From Ptychomitrium polyphyllum (lineage: Eukaryota), in contig OZ316775.1 in the NCBI GenBank assembly GCA_973851085.1, positions 19,530,001 to 19,594,000 of the forward strand: DNA of 64,000 nt, given 5' to 3'. The position numbers were made by a program, and so were the translations under genes. The notes under the pieces are model-generated. The model did no database searches and was not told where the DNA came from. It saw nothing but the letters and a program-made list of their open reading frames with translations. How positions within the stretch are numbered: the stretch's first letter is position 1; each line of letters begins with the position of its first letter. This document shows positions 23,688 to 35,679 of this stretch, in pieces.

Positions 23688-26600
23688 ATGAATTTCTCGA
23701 AGACTTCAGTAGGGAAAAACAACAAAATGCCGCCCCGTCAGCCTCATCAGTCTCATGTTTTTCGTCGTGCAGAAAAGGAAGGCATAGATCAAGTTTCTAA
23801 AATGCAAGTAGCAGAGGCTGCGGCGCAGCCCAAGACGTTGCAACCTCCTTCCGCAGAAATTGTTGGCTTGCAGTTTGGCCTTGCCACTGCCAAAGACTTT
23901 GTAAGAACTTCGACGTCTTTGCATCGGCTCCATGTTTTTCTTAGTTTTACCTAGTCTGTAGCGTGAAGGATCTCTTGCAGATCAACTCCAAGGGTTGAAG
24001 CTGACGGGATTGGATAGGGGTTTGATGCTTATTGCAATTGAAGTTACCTAATCTAACAGTTCGTTTCTTATACTGATGTGCGCAGCTCAGATTTTCTGTT
24101 ATTGAGAAAAGCAAAGATCCGATTAGAAATCTTGTAGACCCTCGGCTTGGTTTGCCAGCTGAAGATGAGAAATGTGCCACTTGTGGGGGTATTAACTACG
24201 ACCAATGTGCAGGTGAAACTACCTAATTTAGATTGTACTGACGGTTGTGGTGATATCAGTTCCTATATTGTTGCATGTATTGCACTTGGTTGGTAGTTGC
24301 AGGATGAGTCGGTGGAGTTGGACCTAAGCCCTGCGAATTATGTGTTTCCTCTCTTCTAATATATTATTCATATATTGCATCTGTAGGTCATTTTGCGCAT
24401 GTGAAGCTTGCTCAACCAATATTCCACCCCAATCATATACGGTTGGTGCAGCGAATTCTTCAGAAAATATGCCTTGGCTGCGGAGGCCCAACAGTGAAGA
24501 AAAAGGTAACCCTTGAAGGCAATGTTCTGTGTTCTTCTTTTTCTGTTTTAGATTATTTTCCCCCTAAATCATATTTTCCCCTAGATTATTTGAGTCCCTT
24601 GTCTTTAGCGTGTTCATTGTCTTCGATTTCCGAGATACTTGTAAACCAAGACTGCAGAGGAGCTATGTGGCCCCTCATATGTTGCACTTACTTGAAGACG
24701 TGTTCTGAGGCAGAAAATCACCTTCAGCGAAGCAGGTCATTGGAAACAAAGTTCTGGGCACTTTGTTCCGAGCGACGTGAATGGGAATAGTGATCAACTC
24801 ATTATTCTTGAGGCTGAGCTCATTGAGGTGCCCTTTTCACTATCACAATCTTTACACACATCTAAGTCAAATTATAATTCAGTGCCCTTATTATGACCAC
24901 GTTGTTGATAAGTTAGTTTTTTTCGTCGAATGGAGAATTTCCTTCTAAAGTACAGGAGTCGCCTTGTGAGCAGAATAATGGCGCAGATGATCGTGTTGTA
25001 ATAGACATTTCGTCAGATGATGAGGAAATTGCTGGCATCCTTCGAGTTGCAGTACCGCAGGAGCCGATGGACTTTAGAGTTGATCCTGGATCAACAAGTC
25101 AATCTGTAGTTATGAAACTCCCTCAATTGGAAAGCTACAAGTCTAAAGGCAAAGCTCACGCCAATGGATCATCACATCTTGAAGTTACAACAAACAGTAC
25201 AACGAAGTCTGTAATCGATACAAAGAAGTCTGTAATCGATACAAAGCAGTCTGCAAGAATAAAATCTCAATTCACGCAGGTAACCCTGCCGTTAGATATA
25301 TATTCTATTAACGTTCGTATTAGTGTCGTCGTCTCTCCAAAAATCTGCTCAATGTCCTTGACATGATAATGAACGTGTCACATAGTTGTTTTGGTGATGT
25401 TACGAGCTGTTAGTTTGATCTTACTACTCATTTACCTATTTTTCATGTTGAACACTCATAGTCTTCCCATGTGTCCTATTGTTGCAAAGATTAATTTCTG
25501 ATGTAGATTAAGCTTAGAAGGTCAATGTTCATTAGGAAGACAATGGCACATTCGCATAAATTTTCTTGTTGAATTTGGGAGATTGAGTTCCTCTGATTGA
25601 GTGTGCTTTGTATTTGCAGTGCCTTGGAAAAAGCTCTGTGAAAATATATAAAGGGAGACCAGCGGGTTTTGACGTTCTTGATGCAGATACTCTTCAGACT
25701 GCTCAGTCCTTTAAGGCATTGACATGTGTATACTGTTCACCAGGTCATCCTAATTATCCACCAATCCTCGTGAAGCTTCTCCCAGTGAAGGGAAAAAAGA
25801 AAGATGATAGATCTGAGATACTTCTCTTGAAAGTTCAAGCCTCGAAAAAGGACGAAGAGCAGGGTCTTCCAGATGATTTTTGGGCTTTCCTTGGGAGGCC
25901 AGCTCATCTCAAGGATAAAGAATCTATGGTTCCGAAAAAACATATCCTGTCAGCTTCAGAGGTGAGATTCTTCGTACCAAAATCAGCACTATGAAGTCTT
26001 CTCTATTCTTATGCACATCCTTTCCTCTTAATAACTCAAGTTGCCGATTATCCTGACATCTGGTTTAAATTAGCTGTCTTGCTTGTACAGTTATAGTACT
26101 TTCATAAGAACTATGGTTTGTCTTTCATATAAATGTACAAATATGTTGATTTCAAGATGATGGATTATAATTGCTTTGGTATGAGGTCTTGGACATACGT
26201 CACCCGAAACTCTTCTTTCAAAATCGTTTGAACAAGGTTGGGTTTCTAAAGATTAGTTCCCAATGAAACATAGCAAAGTTTGGCATGTCTATCTGTTACA
26301 AAGTTCATCTAGTTTGCTCTTACAGTTGAATACAATCCTCAAATACAGGCATTATCAATATTTAAGAAGATACCAGAACGAGCAATTGGCAAGCTTGGGA
26401 TGAACAAATTGGTAGCTCGTCCTGAAGGTCTAATAATGAAGTGTGTACCTATTCCACCCAACTGTACGCGCACATCGGAACTCAAATACGTAAACAACAC
26501 GACTGCTGTGCGCTTTGGCAGTGTATGTACCCCCTATCCTGTAGTTTATCAACTGCCTACATCAGAAAAATCTGTTGTTTAAATTGATATTTTCCTCTAC

Positions 26601-29600
26601 TTTGTGAAGACCCTGCTGCGACTTATTAGATGAGTTTGATGGTCGTGCAATTTTGTTAAGTCATCTCGTCGAGCTTGCCATTGACATCTAGGAGACACGA
26701 GGTAGTTCCTTGAAAGGAAAGGGCCAACTACAGTACCCAGCTCTTTCGCCTCTGTGAGGAATGTCAGGTATTTTCGAGTAGAGAATGGAGTTCTGCCACT
26801 CACATGTGCTTTTGGGTTTGTTCAGGATAATGTCACAAGAACCTTGCAGAATCTGGTCACAGAGATGATACGCATACAAAAGACTAGATCGGGGAAGGCT
26901 ATGAATAGAGCGCAAAGAGATGAAGCGACAACTCTTCAAAAACTTACTGCTGAATATTTGCGGGAGAAAGGAGCTCCCAAAGTATGTGCTTGATCGTAGT
27001 GGTAGATAGTATTCCTTGTTAAATACTAGCGGATTCCACCGTTTGCGACTGGTAGTGGCATATGACTAGTTTTCCTTTATATCAATGTTCTGAGTATATT
27101 TCAGGTGCAAATCGTTTCAGTTAGGATTTATGTTTTCTAAGGATCTTTTTTGCCTTGACGTTGAATATGACCAAACAAGAGTTTCCAATATACTGAGGTA
27201 GGTATGAGAGTCCTGAGGTGTATCATTTGAGTTGCAATTAGTTAAGATGAAATTGTTATGTCGGAGCAGGTAGTGCCAGGTGAAGAGCCACTAAAGAAAG
27301 ACCGAAACGGTCGCGTTACCAAGCAAGACGATCATCGCTGGACCAAGGAATGGCTTAAAGAGAATCTTCTGGCAAAGGGTGGGAACCACACTGCGAAGGC
27401 TGTCATTGCAGGTGATCCTTCGTTAAGCATAGAAGAAATAGGAGTTCCCTGGGAAATCGCACGAAAATTGACATTACCAGAGAGAGTGACCCAGTGGAAC
27501 TCCACCAAATTGCAAGAGTATGTTAATAGATCCCAGGCACTGGAAACTGTCTCTGGTACGCCAGGTGTTACGAGAATCGAACGACGTGGAGAGGCATTCC
27601 AAGTTTTTCCAAATAGCACACATAAAGTGCAGATTGGGGATGTTATTCATCGCAGTATTCAGAACGGAGACTACGTCTATGTCAATAGGCCCCCTTCTGT
27701 TCATAAACATTCCCTCATGGCCTTGAAGGTTCGTATTCACAATGGACTTGTTTTGATAGTTAATCCGCTCGTTTGTCCGCCTTTTGGTGCCGATTTCGAT
27801 GGAGACATATTTCATATTTTTATTCCGCAGTCACTCCAAGCCATTGCAGAGGTGGAGCAATTGATGGCAGTTCCACAACAGATCGTATCGGACCATGGAG
27901 GACAGCCACTTCTTGGACTTACTCAGGTAGTTCACGTCAGTTCATCTAGATTTGCATCTGTAAACACAATGAGAAGAAGAATTGAGCGGAGGAGTGTAAC
28001 ATGCGTCTCAGAATGTACCCACTCTCTAGTTTTCATGATTCTTCGTATGTGCCGGGCTAACGATATATTCTCATTAACGCATCTATTATGGTGTTCTGTT
28101 TATATGCAGGATACACTATTGGCAGCGCACCTTTTAACAACCAGAAATTTTTTCGTGGACAAAGCTTCAATGGATCAGTTATGTATATGGTCCTCAAAGG
28201 AGCCTTCAGAAGCAGCTATTGTGAAGTCTCCAAAGGGGGGTCCATTCTGGACTGGAGAACAGATATTTGAGCTAACACTGCCAGCGCGGTTAAACATGAG
28301 CTCTCCTGATGGAAGCATTTTAATCCAGGCAGGAGAAATTATGAGGTGGACTGATGGGACGAACCTGCTGCGCAAGGACAAGGAGAGTATTGCATCAGCT
28401 CTTTGTAATGATCTTCAGTTGGGACCATTGGCGCTAGTCAATTATTTGAACAATGCGACAGGGTTGTTGCATGCCTGGTTACAAGTACAAGGATTCAGTG
28501 CAGGATTGATCGACTTCCAGGTTACTGCTAATGCAGCAGCAAGGCAGAAAATGCGTCAGAGCATTTTTGAAGAATACCATCAGAAATCTATACAAGAATC
28601 ATGTAATTCAGTTCGAATTCTTGATGCGAATGAGAAAGACATAGGTCCAGAGATGGATCCTGATAGTCTGACAAAGAATATCAGATTTTTGGAGCAGGCT
28701 GCTAAAAAGATGTTTCGCACACGAGAAAGTGATGCTGAAAGCATAGTGGTGAAATATGCTGAGAAGGACAATTCTTTATTATTAATGGTAAAATCAGGAA
28801 GCAAAGGCTCGAGAGGCAAACTTCTTCAGCAGATTGCAGGCATGGGGCTACAGTTCTATAAAGGAAAACATCTCCTTCCACTCTCAGGCTTACGTCGTTG
28901 TCCTTCAATTTCAGATGATCCATTGCTTGACTGGTGGAAGGATAAAGGGCTTGTTCGTAGCTCTCTTATTGATGGGTTGAAAGCTCCTGAATTCTTCAAC
29001 CACGTAGTTGCAGATCGCTCTGGTATACTTCGGAAGCACGTGGAGGTGACACAACCAGGGACACTTTTCAAGTCCTTGATGCTTTTTCTACGGGATCTGC
29101 ATGTTGCGTATGATGGGACTGTTCGCAGTCAGGGTGGCAAGAACCTTGTCCAATTCTGTTATGGTGGAGCTAAAGGCGTGTTAAAGCGAAGTGTTTCTAA
29201 GATGGATGTTCCTATCAGACCGGGGGAAGAAGCTGAAGGTGATCTTACGTGGGAAGAGGACGATCGTAAACGATGGGAAAAATCGCATTTAGCCGGCGAG
29301 CCTGTTGGAGTATTGGCGGCAACAGCCATATCTCAACCTGCTTATGAGGTCATGTTGGACGCACCAAATTTAAATGGTCCTTTCAATCCGCGGCCGCTAG
29401 AGCTTCTTCAGGTATCAATGCCCTGCCTGACCAATCATTTAAGTTGTTCCTTTTTCCTATTAAGCTCACTGCTTTCGTATAGACTCTACAGGTGGCTATG
29501 AAATTGTTTCTGGAGCATTTATATGGTAGCAAATTGACTGTTGGCATTCTTGGACTGGAGATGTTGGAAACTTGATGCTCAATTTCTTCCATTAAAATGA

Positions 29601-32600
29601 TTTACTTAAAATCCTCGTCCTCTCCTTCAAACGACTCATTTTTTAATTTTGTGGCTTTCCTTGTAGATCTAAGCCTGCCTTGAATTTATTATTTTTATTT
29701 CTTAAATACTAAACACTTGTTCTAATGTGAAACAGGAAACGCTTTATCCACGGGAAAAATCAAATTTAAAGCCAATGGATCGGTGTGTGATCATAAGACT
29801 TTCAAAGTGTCTATGTTTAAGACCATTCTGTAGGGAGAAGAAAGCGGTTGAAGTGCAGGCATACTTAACAAAGATCACCTTGAGGACGCTAGCTGAAAGC
29901 AGTGCCATTCAGTAAGAATACGTATGCTGAATATGCTGAATTCTTTACATGTACGTGCAATTATTTTAGATTCTGAAGAGAGATATCAACTAGTGTATCG
30001 ACAAGTGGCATTTGATGGAGCATTTGGTGTATCCTCTAACTCCACCATTTTTATCCATGAAGATGCAGCATTATTGTGAGTCAATGCGTAATGTAAGGTT
30101 CATTTTGTTAACGTTCACGTTTCAAGTGTCATGTTTTCTTCGATCTCCTTTCTTTGAGGATCATGTGAAGGTTGATGAACTAAGATTCTCCTTGCGTTGG
30201 ATTTTCTAGGCATTGGGACATGGAAGACATCGAATTGGCTGGGCCAAGGACACCGCTCCAATCGGGCTCGCCCTGGCTAGGACATATAAAGCTGTCTTTG
30301 GTACATAATCTCTACCGTGATACTGAATACTGGCTTGTTACCTGGGTAAATAAATCATGTATGCAACTTAATAGATGCATTTAAAGTTATTACCGAATAA
30401 TATGTATGGCATCTTCAGATCTTTCCATTGCTATGTGAAGGTCTGTCCTGCAGCAAGTCCTTAAATCGTTTGTTTCAACTGTATTATTGTAGGACATGAT
30501 GAAACAGCATAGAGTGACCATTAAAGATATACTAGCTAAACTTCGCATGAAGTTTAGTTTGATATTTAAGGGTCCTAAGAAACAACCAATGGGGCAAATA
30601 TTTTTCTGTTCGAGGTAAGTTGACCTTCGTTTTCTGATCGTGTTTCAGGTTACATAGGGCCTTAATTGTGCAACTTTAAGTGTCGAGGGTCTTGAACAAC
30701 TAGGTGCCGTGTCTGTTTGGTCGATACATACTATATTTAATGTAGGGAACTCATTCCCTGAAATGCTTTGAGTGCAGTCTAAACTGCAGCACTACCAATG
30801 GATGTTGTCTCCATTTCTCGCCAAAATTACCGAAAAGTTTACACAACGAGCAGAATGATGACATTTACAACACGGGCTTACTGAGTCTGCTTATGAAAAT
30901 TCGTACAACTATTATTCCCAGTCTTCTTGACTCCACAGTGAAAGGTATATGTTGTGAAATATTTTTAATAGCTAATATGATGTTCAATATGGCGACATGT
31001 GTATTCTTGAGACATGCACATCTGATTGAGTCTTTTGGGTGTCCACAATGTTGCTCCTTTGAACCCTGTAGAAAGATGTTCTCAGACCAATGCAGTTGAC
31101 ATATAACGTCTAGTCATTTCCCTCGGTTTTAGCAAAAGGAGTTTAACTTATATGTAATTCTTATAGGTGATGAGCGATTAGAGTCAGTAAGGATTGTACG
31201 CGAGGGACGAACTCGGACAACTTGGCATAATGAACTTGCTTGCAACTCGGATCCTGAGGAGGAGCTCGTTTTGGAAATTGTTGTGTCTCCCACAAAATCA
31301 AAATTGGAACGGAGCGTGGCGTGGGCATCAGTGAAGGAAGCATGCCTTCCTTTCATGGATATGGTGGACTGGAACAGAAGCATGCCATACAGTGTTCAGG
31401 AGATAAGGCACGCCCTGGGCATCGAAGCAGCTTACGAGATGATTACGAAGGTAAGAGTTTCGTTCCTCTCTTATGTGAAATGTAGTGGCGAATATTTTCT
31501 ATTCTTACTCTGATGTAAAATGAATAAATATCTTAGTACATTAATATTTATGGTTTACGATAAATATCTCAATACATAAATACTTCAATAAATTAGGCTC
31601 AGTTTCGACCTTGTGTGAACAGAGACTTTGCTTAGTATTGGAGAAGACCGCTCCAGATACACATCATGAACATGAAAAATTGATAGGAGACATGATGACC
31701 TTCTCCGGTGATGCGAATGGATTCACCATATCTGGATTTCAAGACATGACTAAAATCACAGCTCTCTCAGCACCCTTTACCGAGGCATCGTTTAGGGTAA
31801 GCACTCTTGAGTTCCTTCATAATTGGTGTGGTGGGAATTGTAGTATTTGAAAAGGATCTGTGAAGCTTTTTCACGTGCAAGTTATATTCAAAGTCAATAT
31901 ATCATGTGGATTTATGGTTTACAATACACTGATGCATGGCCTATCTGTTGAATACTTCTCTCCCCCAACAAGGAACTTTTTGCTTCATCCAAGAAGGAGC
32001 TTGTACTGTATCTATGACATGATTCGCAGCTTGTTGCTCCAAGTGCTGTGAAGTAATTTGCATGAGGATTTTCTACACTTCAAGAATAGATCTTACATAT
32101 TTCTATTCGAGGTTTTACATAGTCCTTCTACAGTTTAGTGTAATTCGATTCAGGTTATTTTTTATTGTTCTTATTTTTTTGAAGAAGTGGCAAGATTATA
32201 TTACCACTGCAAAGGTAGCCAAATACAACAGCCAAGTTGCCCGAGGTGGGCCACTGGTCAAGGATTTTCATTAGTCTGCATGTAACCAATTCAGGAATTA
32301 TTGCGGAATAAATTTATATACATAATATTTCACTTATCTGCAATCTTCTTGTCTATGATTCTTTCTGATACTCACCACTTTCTAAACGGTGTTCGATAAT
32401 GATATTCTATATAGAAACCAATCAGAACTCTCTTAGAAGCAGCTGGAAGAGGAGCAACCGATTCAATAGAAGGTGTAATGACAAATTGTGTTTGGGGCAA
32501 AGAAGCTCCATTGGGAACAGGAAGCAATTTCGATATCTTCTGGCAGCCATCAAAGGCAAGTATATGTACCGTTTGGTGTTGCTATTCCTCGTAAATGAAT

Positions 32601-34460
32601 TTTTCATTTGGATCTTCTCTACACGCAGGATGTAATGGTTACCGATAATTAATCTATTGGCAATTGCAGAATTTTAAGAAACTATTTAGAGGTATAGGAT
32701 CTGAGAAAGTACAATGTTGGTGTCATATGTTGTCATGCAGTAAGCAATTATATGTCTTATCTACTAGCTGATATTTCGCAAAAATAGTTTTACTGAACTA
32801 TTCAGTTGTGGTTTCTTTAGTTTGACCATATGAACTTTTCCTTACATGCTCCAGGACCTGCGGAAAGTTGCAACATCGAAAGAAGCAGAAAAGGACGTGC
32901 ATGCTATCTGGAAAGACCTGGATGAAAAATGTATCCCAGACAACATTATTCCACTCTCACCGACCCATTCAGTCCCAGGTCTGCGTATCTTGCCAGGAGG
33001 AGACCCAGATCTAGACGATGGAGCAAACTTCTCACCACAGCATGTTAATGGCAATAGCGCAGATGACGTATGGGATTCGTCAAATCAAATTAACAATGGA
33101 GATGACGGAACCTGGGAGTATTCTTTAGTAGCCAGAGAGGATGATGGTAGTTGGGGTGGTGTTGACAAAGCAAGTAGCAGAAATGATCTAGCTTCTGAGG
33201 GCTGGAATCAGGACGAATCAGGGACCGATGACGTTAAGGGGCAAGGAGAACGTGAAAAACAAGGTGTCTGGTGGTCTCTGAGCAAAGAGAAAGATATGTC
33301 TGGGAATACTTGGGACGACAAGAGCAAAAGAAACATACAAGAAGGATGTGAAGGTGGTTCAACGGGGGCAGGTAATGAAAGTGGATGGGGTGGCGAAGGT
33401 GATGGATCTAATGTGGACAGGTTACGACCAAACGAAGATGATAGAAACGATGGTCTGAACAGTAAGCAAATCAATATACAGCGTGGACAGAATTCCTCGA
33501 ATTATCCAGGAGGTTGGGAGTCGAGCAATCAAGATGAGAGGAACAGCAGTACTTTGGGGAAAGACCCTGTCCATGAAGACGGGGTTGGTAAGTGGAGTTC
33601 CGTCTCAGCTGGGTTTGCTGAAGGTGGTGTTTGGGATTCTCTTGTAGAGTCTCAAACCACAAGTGTTAGACATAGTACTTCAGAACACATTGGTCAGAGC
33701 GGTGGCAGAGATCGACGACGTGGAAGTTATGAAAAAGATTGGGGTTCCACGAGAAGTACGTCTGTGTCGGGTGCCAATGTTATACCTCCTAGTCCACGAT
33801 GCCAATTTGGCACGTTTCGAGTAGAGCCAAGAATAGTATTGGATTGTGGATTGCAGCAGAAACAGTTTGTCGAGGAGAAAAACTCTTGGGGAGACTCCAT
33901 ATCTCACTCGCAAGATAAGAGAGCACAACCTTCAGGTTGGGATGAAGTTTTTACCAGCACAAAGGGACCTACTGGGCGTGATGGAAATCCAAGTGGGCCT
34001 GCAACTAATTGCCCTAATGCTCCGCTTCAATTTTCTAATCAAAACGAAGGTATGTAGCCTACACAACCCGATTCTGATGACAAATCCTGGATTGTTCTCC
34101 AGAAGTTCAATTATGTTCAAATGTAAAAAAAATTATCCTGGTTACGTTCGACTATTCAAGAGTAGGTTTCTCTTACATGCTTTACATGCACTTATTGACT
34201 GGCAGAGTCAAAACCATGAGAGATTTTGATACTTGCCACTAGGACATACCACTACCCATGAATGTCCTCAAGCTTTCAATATTGAGTTTCTAGATTTCTT
34301 GTCCGCCTATTCTTTTTACATTGTTGTCTTTGTCATCTCTTCCTGTAAATTTTCTACCCCTTGTTGTGCAGATTCAGATGTGGACTGGGGCGAGTTGATT
34401 TCAGGGATCAAAATAGTTGATGTCTTGGCCACGAATAGCTCAGCACCAAAGTCCTGCTAA
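23688..34460 (+). CDS. Largest subunit of a plant-specific RNA polymerase IV/V (NRPE1/NRPD1 family), about 1950 aa, 18 coding exons
   Basis: Phase-consistent exons: 23688-23900, 24086-24212, 24387-24505, 24956-25279, 25620-25961, 26349-26522, 26826-26981, 27270-27926, 28110-29411, 29736-29911, 30210-30300, 30493-30614, 30778-30944, 31167-31450, 31623-31796, 32415-32555, 32855-34049 and 34372-34460 (5853 nt). Motifs: DPRLGLP..CATC..CAGHF zinc site, NRPPSVH, metal-A PFGADFDGD, SGSKGS, YDGTVRS, GEPVGVLAATAISQPAY with a shortened trigger-loop region, GKEAPLGTG, and a WG/GW-rich tail. Confidence 0.95.
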
Positions 34461-35610
34461 CCAGCGGGAGGATATAGTCACACCAGCTGATCAAGCATCA
34501 GCTCCAGTGATAGTAGTTAATATTTTTCCAGAATCGACCTGTACGAATTTGACAGGATTATCCATTAATTTGCAGCCTTAGAAATCGATCTGTTCAATCT
34601 TGAAAAATATGCTTACGAGGATGCTTATGGACGTCGTTGGTACAAGAAAGTAACTTCTTTTTGAATTTTCTTAAAGGTAGTTGAACTAGGGTTAGTTCTG
34701 AAAGGAGTATAGATCTGGTCTAAAACTCTCAAATCTACTTCATTAATGAACATTTTGTTTGGACAGAGGCGGGGTGGAACTCGTACTCGTTGCGTAGATT
34801 TCATATCCTTCATGTCGTTACTTTAAGACAGCGTATCGAATTTTGAAGTTTAGATATCACTCACGGATCTTGTATTGCATTTCAGAAACGTTTTGGATTT
34901 AAGCAGATGAGTATTGCCAACAGCCAATTATTTTAAAACACCTACATACCAAACTTTTCGTTATTTTGTTAAACACCAAACATGTTTTTCCTCACTATCA
35001 TTACAGTGATGCAATGACATTACACTTTGCTAGGTACATAGTGAAATAGAATAGCATTATTGCAAATCCACCCTTCATTAGAGCCGTTGTTGACGTTGTC
35101 TAATGAGTATTTTACATTCACTTTCGACAGTGATGAATCTTACAGTGCAACAATACTTTAGATTTGGAGTACATCCCTAGTTTCTACTGGTGGTGATACT
35201 AGTCATCTCAGAAAATTCTCACTTTGAATGAGGACCTACAAATGATGATTGTCCATTTTAGAAAGAAAAAAGCACAAGAAAACAACTACAGAAAAAATAG
35301 CCCAGCAGCCTGAGTCTGCCGATTATCAACTTGATGCAAACAGATGTCTCATTCTCAGTAGTCACTCAAAGCAATGAAAGCTGCTTATATGTGATTTTCA
35401 ATTTGCTCTAAGCATTCTTAAAACTGCATCAGCAATCAACATCATTGAATGCCATGAAGCACAGTAGAACACAGGTTATGTAATAATTTTTGGATATTTA
35501 GTTTCTGGAAATTGCTCCTTATAAAATATAACCTTCTAAGCTGCAAATCTCAACTGAAGATCATATCAATCAAACCTCCGCTGAAGTTTGTGATATACCT
35601 TTGACCTGTC

Positions 35611-35679
35611 TGCACAATGTTGCTAGTCATCTTAATATCAGCACCATGCACAATGTTGCTAGTCATCTTAATATCAGCA
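35611..35679. repeat. Direct duplication of about 33 bp
   Basis: TGCACAATGTTGCTAGTCATCTTAATATCAGCA occurs twice. A second short duplication (AATCATTCCATCATTAGGAC x2) lies at ~35902-35941. Confidence 0.85.

Noticed and set aside
27258..29501. 747-aa ORF taken as a standalone gene or a Pol II RPB1
   Set aside because: It is two exons plus an open intron of the larger gene. The NADFDGD context, the full trigger loop and the YSPTSPS heptads of RPB1 are absent.
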